Origin: Nitrospirota bacterium
Lineage (GTDB): Bacteria; Nitrospirota; Thermodesulfovibrionia; Thermodesulfovibrionales; UBA1546
Assembly (NCBI GenBank): GCA_009773185.1
Contig: WPIF01000008.1
Coordinates: forward strand, 77,597-141,596
Length of the DNA: 64,000 bases
Reading direction: 5' to 3'
The position numbers and the translations under genes were made by a program. Shown one piece after another: positions 60,431 through 64,000 of this stretch (its first letter is position 1; each line of letters begins with the position of its first letter). The notes under the pieces are model-generated. The model was not told the origin of the DNA. It saw nothing but the letters and a program-made list of their open reading frames with translations, and ran no database searches.

Positions 60431-62029
60431 ATGAAAAATACATCTGTGTTTTGCTTGTTGATTTTTGCACTGTCAGTAACTCTGCTTTCCTGTGCCCGGG
60501 AGCCGGAGGTAAAAAAACCCAACGCAGTAACAATCGGCTCACTTGCAGACGCAAAGAGACTCCTTCCTTTGCTTGCCTCTGACAGCGCATCAGGAGATAT
60601 AAGCGGTTGGATATTCAACGGACTCACCAAATACGACAAAAATATAAAAATTAAGGGCGACCTTGCAGAGTCATGGGACATATCTCCGGACGGGCTTAAA
60701 ATAGTTTTTCATCTGAGAAAAGGTGTCCTGTGGCATGACGGCATTGAGTTCACTGCTGACGATGTTATATTCACTTATGACACAGTTATTAACCCAAAGG
60801 TGGCAACTCCTTACGGCAGCAATTATGGGCCTGTTTCAAGGGTTGAGAAGATGAACAGCTACACGGTTAAGGTTATTTATAAAGAACCTTATGCGCCTGC
60901 CCTGGAGTCATGGGGCATGGGAATTATACCTAAACATATACTTGAAGGAAAAGATATAACTGCCGAATATTACAATAGAAATCCAGTAGGAACCGGTCCT
61001 TATAAATTAAAGGAGTGGATTACGGGACAGAAGATAGTACTTGAGGCCTTTGATAATTATTTTGAGGGCAGGCCTAAGATAGACAGATACATAACAAGAG
61101 TTATACCTGACAATGCCACAATGTTCCTTGAGCTTAAGTTCGGGGGGATTGACGTTATGGGACTCACACCTCCGCAGTACAAGCTCCAGGCTGATAAAGA
61201 ATTCTTCAATAAATACTTTCAGAAGTTTAAATATCCTTCTTTTGGTTACACATATCTGGGCTATAACCTGCTTGACCCCAAATTTCAGGACAAAAGGATA
61301 AGGCAGGCGCTGACGCATGCTATAAACAAAAAAGATATCATCGCTGGCGTGCTTCTTGGTTACGGTACCCCTTGTACCGGCCCATTTCCTCCCGAGTCCT
61401 GGGCGTATAACTCTGCAGCAAAAGACCTTGAGTACAATCCTGAAAAAGCTAAAAAACTTTTTGAGGAAGCGGGCTGGCGAGCGGGGAAAAGCGGGTTATT
61501 GGAAAAAGACGGAAAATCTTTTGTATTTACTGTATTGGTAAATCAGGGGAATGATGCAAGGCTTAAGACTGCTCAGATTATCAAAGAAAACCTTAAGACA
61601 GTTGGGGTTGAGGTAAACATTAAAGTACTTGAGTGGCAGGCATTGCTTCATGAATTCATAGACAAAAAGCGTTTTGAGGCGATTATCATGGGATGGGCAT
61701 TATCGCGTGACCCTGATATATATGATATCTGGCATTCATCCAAGACAAAAGAGGGTGAGTTTAATTTTATCTCCTACAAAAGTGATGAGGTAGACAGGCT
61801 GCTGCTTGATGGCAGGCGGACATTTGATATGGAGAAAAGAAAAAAGATTTATCACAGGATACATGAAATCCTTTCTGAAGACCAGCCTTATACATTTCTG
61901 TATGTTCCTGATGCATTGCCCGTGCTCCACAAGAGGTTTAAGGGTGTAGAAAAAGCGCCCATCGGCATCTGGCATGACTTTATCCACTGGTATGTGCCGA
62001 AAAACAAGGTGGATTGGTACGGGGCTTAG
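60431..62029 (+). CDS. ABC transporter peptide/nickel-binding lipoprotein (family 5)
   Basis: LLSC lipobox, GDLAESWD, WHDG.EFTADDV.FT, PVGTGPYKL, DKRIRQAL. Confidence 0.92.
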   Translation: MKNTSVFCLLIFALSVTLLSCAREPEVKKPNAVTIGSLADAKRLLPLLASDSASGDISGWIFNGLTKYDKNIKIKGDLAESWDISPDGLKIVFHLRKGVLWHDGIEFTADDVIFTYDTVINPKVATPYGSNYGPVSRVEKMNSYTVKVIYKEPYAPALESWGMGIIPKHILEGKDITAEYYNRNPVGTGPYKLKEWITGQKIVLEAFDNYFEGRPKIDRYITRVIPDNATMFLELKFGGIDVMGLTPPQYKLQADKEFFNKYFQKFKYPSFGYTYLGYNLLDPKFQDKRIRQALTHAINKKDIIAGVLLGYGTPCTGPFPPESWAYNSAAKDLEYNPEKAKKLFEEAGWRAGKSGLLEKDGKSFVFTVLVNQGNDARLKTAQIIKENLKTVGVEVNIKVLEWQALLHEFIDKKRFEAIIMGWALSRDPDIYDIWHSSKTKEGEFNFISYKSDEVDRLLLDGRRTFDMEKRKKIYHRIHEILSEDQPYTFLYVPDALPVLHKRFKGVEKAPIGIWHDFIHWYVPKNKVDWYGA

Positions 62030-62048
62030 GGTTAGGGGACCACAAAGC

Positions 62049-62243
62049 TTATCCCTTATGCGATTTTATAAAATTAGTTATTGAGCGGTCATAGGTGCGT
62101 TCCTCTTCTTTGGTGAAGAAACACGCAGGCAGTTCTCCGTTTTTCCTGTGATAATGCAGGCATTCGCAGCACCTGTTCTTCCTCTCGCATGATGCATAAG
62201 TGCAGTTGCAGTATTTCCTGTTTTTTTCCTGAATGCATTCCAT
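62049..62243 (-). CDS. Small Cys-rich protein (DUF6485-like)
   Basis: CNCTY..C.RK..CCECL.YHR..GELPACFF...E.TYDRS; RBS GGAGG. Confidence 0.75.
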   Translation of the reverse strand: MECIQEKNRKYCNCTYASCERKNRCCECLHYHRKNGELPACFFTKEEERTYDRSITNFIKSHKG

Positions 62244-62279
62244 AAAAAACCTCCTGTGGTATTTTTTGAGCGCTATTTA

Positions 62280-62412
62280 GAGTCTGTTTATAAACTCGAC
62301 CAGTTGCCACTCTTGTCATGCTGAATTCATTTCAGCATCTCGTATTATTAATGGGTTATGAGACCCCGAAACAAGTTCAGGGTGACATAATGGCTACTTT
62401 ATAAGCAGACAC
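62280..62412. mobile_element. MITE/REP-like palindromic element upstream of nrdJ
   Basis: Ends gagtctgtttataaa / tttataagcagacac, TATTTA on both flanks; internal gtcatgctgaattcatttcagcatct...gagaccccgaaacaagttcagggtgac. Confidence 0.65.
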
Positions 62413-62476
62413 TATTTATTATATCCCAAACGTATTACCTCTTTTAATACATATATGTGATGCTATAATATTTTTA

Positions 62477-64000
62477 TGGACCTTACGGATAATGCACTTA
62501 AAATCCTTCAGGCAAGGTATCTCCTGAAAGATGAGAAGGGCAAGGTTATTGAGACGCCTGAGGCCATGTTCAGAAGGGTAGCCCATGCAGTAGCCTCTGC
62601 AGAAAGACTCTACGGAGAGGACTCTTCCCTGTGGGCAGATGTGTTCTATGAGATAATGTCTGGCCTCAGGTTTTTGCCCAATTCTCCAACTCTGATGAAT
62701 GCAGGAAAGGATATCGGACAACTTGCCGCGTGTTTTGTGCTTCCTGTGGATGACTCAATGAAGTCTATATTCGACACCCTGAAAAATGCCGCCCTAATTC
62801 TCCAGAGCGGAGGCGGCACCGGCTTTTCTTTTTCAAAGTTGCGGCCAAAATCAGATATTGTCCGCTCAACAGGAGGTATTGCAAGCGGCCCGGTTTCTTT
62901 TATGAGGATATACAACACTGCAACAGATGTCATAAAACAGGGTGGGGCCAGGCGCGGGGCCAATATGGGCGTCCTTCGTGTTGACCATCCTGATATCCTT
63001 GATTTTATCCGCGTTAAAAGGGCGGAGGGGGAGTTAACAAATTTTAATATTTCAGTGGCCTTGACTGATGCGTTTATGGATTCTCTAAAAAATAACGGTG
63101 AATATGAGCTTATCAATCCGAGGAGTAAAGCAGTTATCGGGAAGATAAGGGCGCGGGATGTTTTTGATGAAATAGTAAAAAGTGCATGGGAGACAGGAGA
63201 TCCGGGACTTATCTTTATTGACAGAATAAACAGGGATAATCCAACCCCTCACATCGGCAATATGGAATCTACGAATCCGTGCGGTGAACAGCCTTTACTT
63301 CCTTATGAGGCATGCATATTGGGCTCGGTAAACCTCTCTAAATATGTCATAAGCTCTGCGATAAATTATAAATCACTTGCAGGGGATATCAGTAAGTCAG
63401 TCAGGTTTCTGGATGATTCCATAGATGTAAACAAATACCCGCTGCCCGATATAGAGGCAATGCATAAAGGCAACAGAAAAATCGGGCTCGGTGTTATGGG
63501 GTGGGCTGACATGCTGATACTCCTTGGCATCCCTTATAATCATAAAAAAGCTTTCAGCCTTGCGAGAGAGCTGATGAAGTTTATAAGGGATGCAACAAGA
63601 GAAGCGTCTTCTAATCTTGCAGAAAAAAGAGGAGCATTCCCAAACTTTAAAGGTTCTGTATATGACTCTCCAGGCAGGCCCCGCCTGAGAAATGCAACAA
63701 CAACAACCATAGCTCCGACAGGGACACTGTCTATTATTGCTGACTGCTCGAGCGGCATAGAGCCAATCTTTGCACTCGCGTATAAGAGGCTTATACTGAA
63801 TACCGAGCTTTTTGAGGCCAACAGGCATTTTTTTGATATTGCTATGGAGCAGGGTTTTTATTCAAAGGCATTAAGAGAATTAGTCATAAATAAGGGATGC
63901 CTCCGCGGCATTAACGAGGTTCCATACAGTATTAAAAAACTGTTTAAAACAGCGCATGAAATACTTCCGGAGGACCATATAGAGATGCAGGCATGTTTTC
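62477..64000 (+). CDS. nrdJ: Adenosylcobalamin-dependent (class II) ribonucleotide reductase, 3'-partial
   Basis: Not in the ORF track because it has no stop in the window. Reads MDLTDNALKILQARYL...FLPNSPTLMNAG...GQLAACFV...STNPCGEQ...TTIAPTGTLSIIADCSSGIEP. Confidence 0.9.

Noticed and set aside
62405-62470. NrdR boxes or a cobalamin riboswitch upstream of nrdJ
   Set aside because: Only weak AT-rich resemblance to an NrdR box, and no riboswitch core motifs recognised.
62419-63828. Minus-strand ORFs 62419-62721, 62646-63116, 63397-63828 and 63540-63821
   Set aside because: Antisense shadows of nrdJ, which the ORF track omitted because it has no stop in the window.

Overview
Bacterial chromosomal window. 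Gene content and intergenic repeat style suggest a Nitrospirota/Thermodesulfovibrionia-like organism (inference, not tested). The housekeeping backbone carries ilvN, a T2SS gspK-L-M-C-D block with PA2779/PA2778/TPR genes, a sulfur-carrier/threonine/cysteine cluster, obg-proB, clpC, ndk, mdh, tpiA-secG, a NifA-like sigma54 regulon with three amtB and two glnK, an ABC peptide-binding protein and the start of nrdJ. Three accessory regions interrupt it. (1) 1-5.2 kb: an Rhs toxin/immunity tail with a RAYT (Y1 HUH) transposase in 26-bp inverted repeats. (2) 19.6-34.8 kb: about 15 kb of co-oriented minus-strand modules, each headed by a conserved ~34-bp promoter-like repeat (six copies), four of them also with a GATAAC dyad box. 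This looks like a cassette array that grows by site duplication, with no recombinase in view, and is the top finding. Its cargo includes a HEPN-like protein, a DUF6338-like gene with a peptide partner, a phosphatase, patatin, a two-radical-SAM putative RiPP locus with tiny peptide ORFs, and a transglutaminase-fold lipoprotein whose catalytic His and Asp appear swapped. (3) 38.1-41.3 kb: an attC-bounded cassette fragment and an MNT-HEPN pair whose toxin has a premature stop. No rRNA, tRNA or CRISPR array was recognised. All family assignments come from reading motifs by eye; no searches were run.
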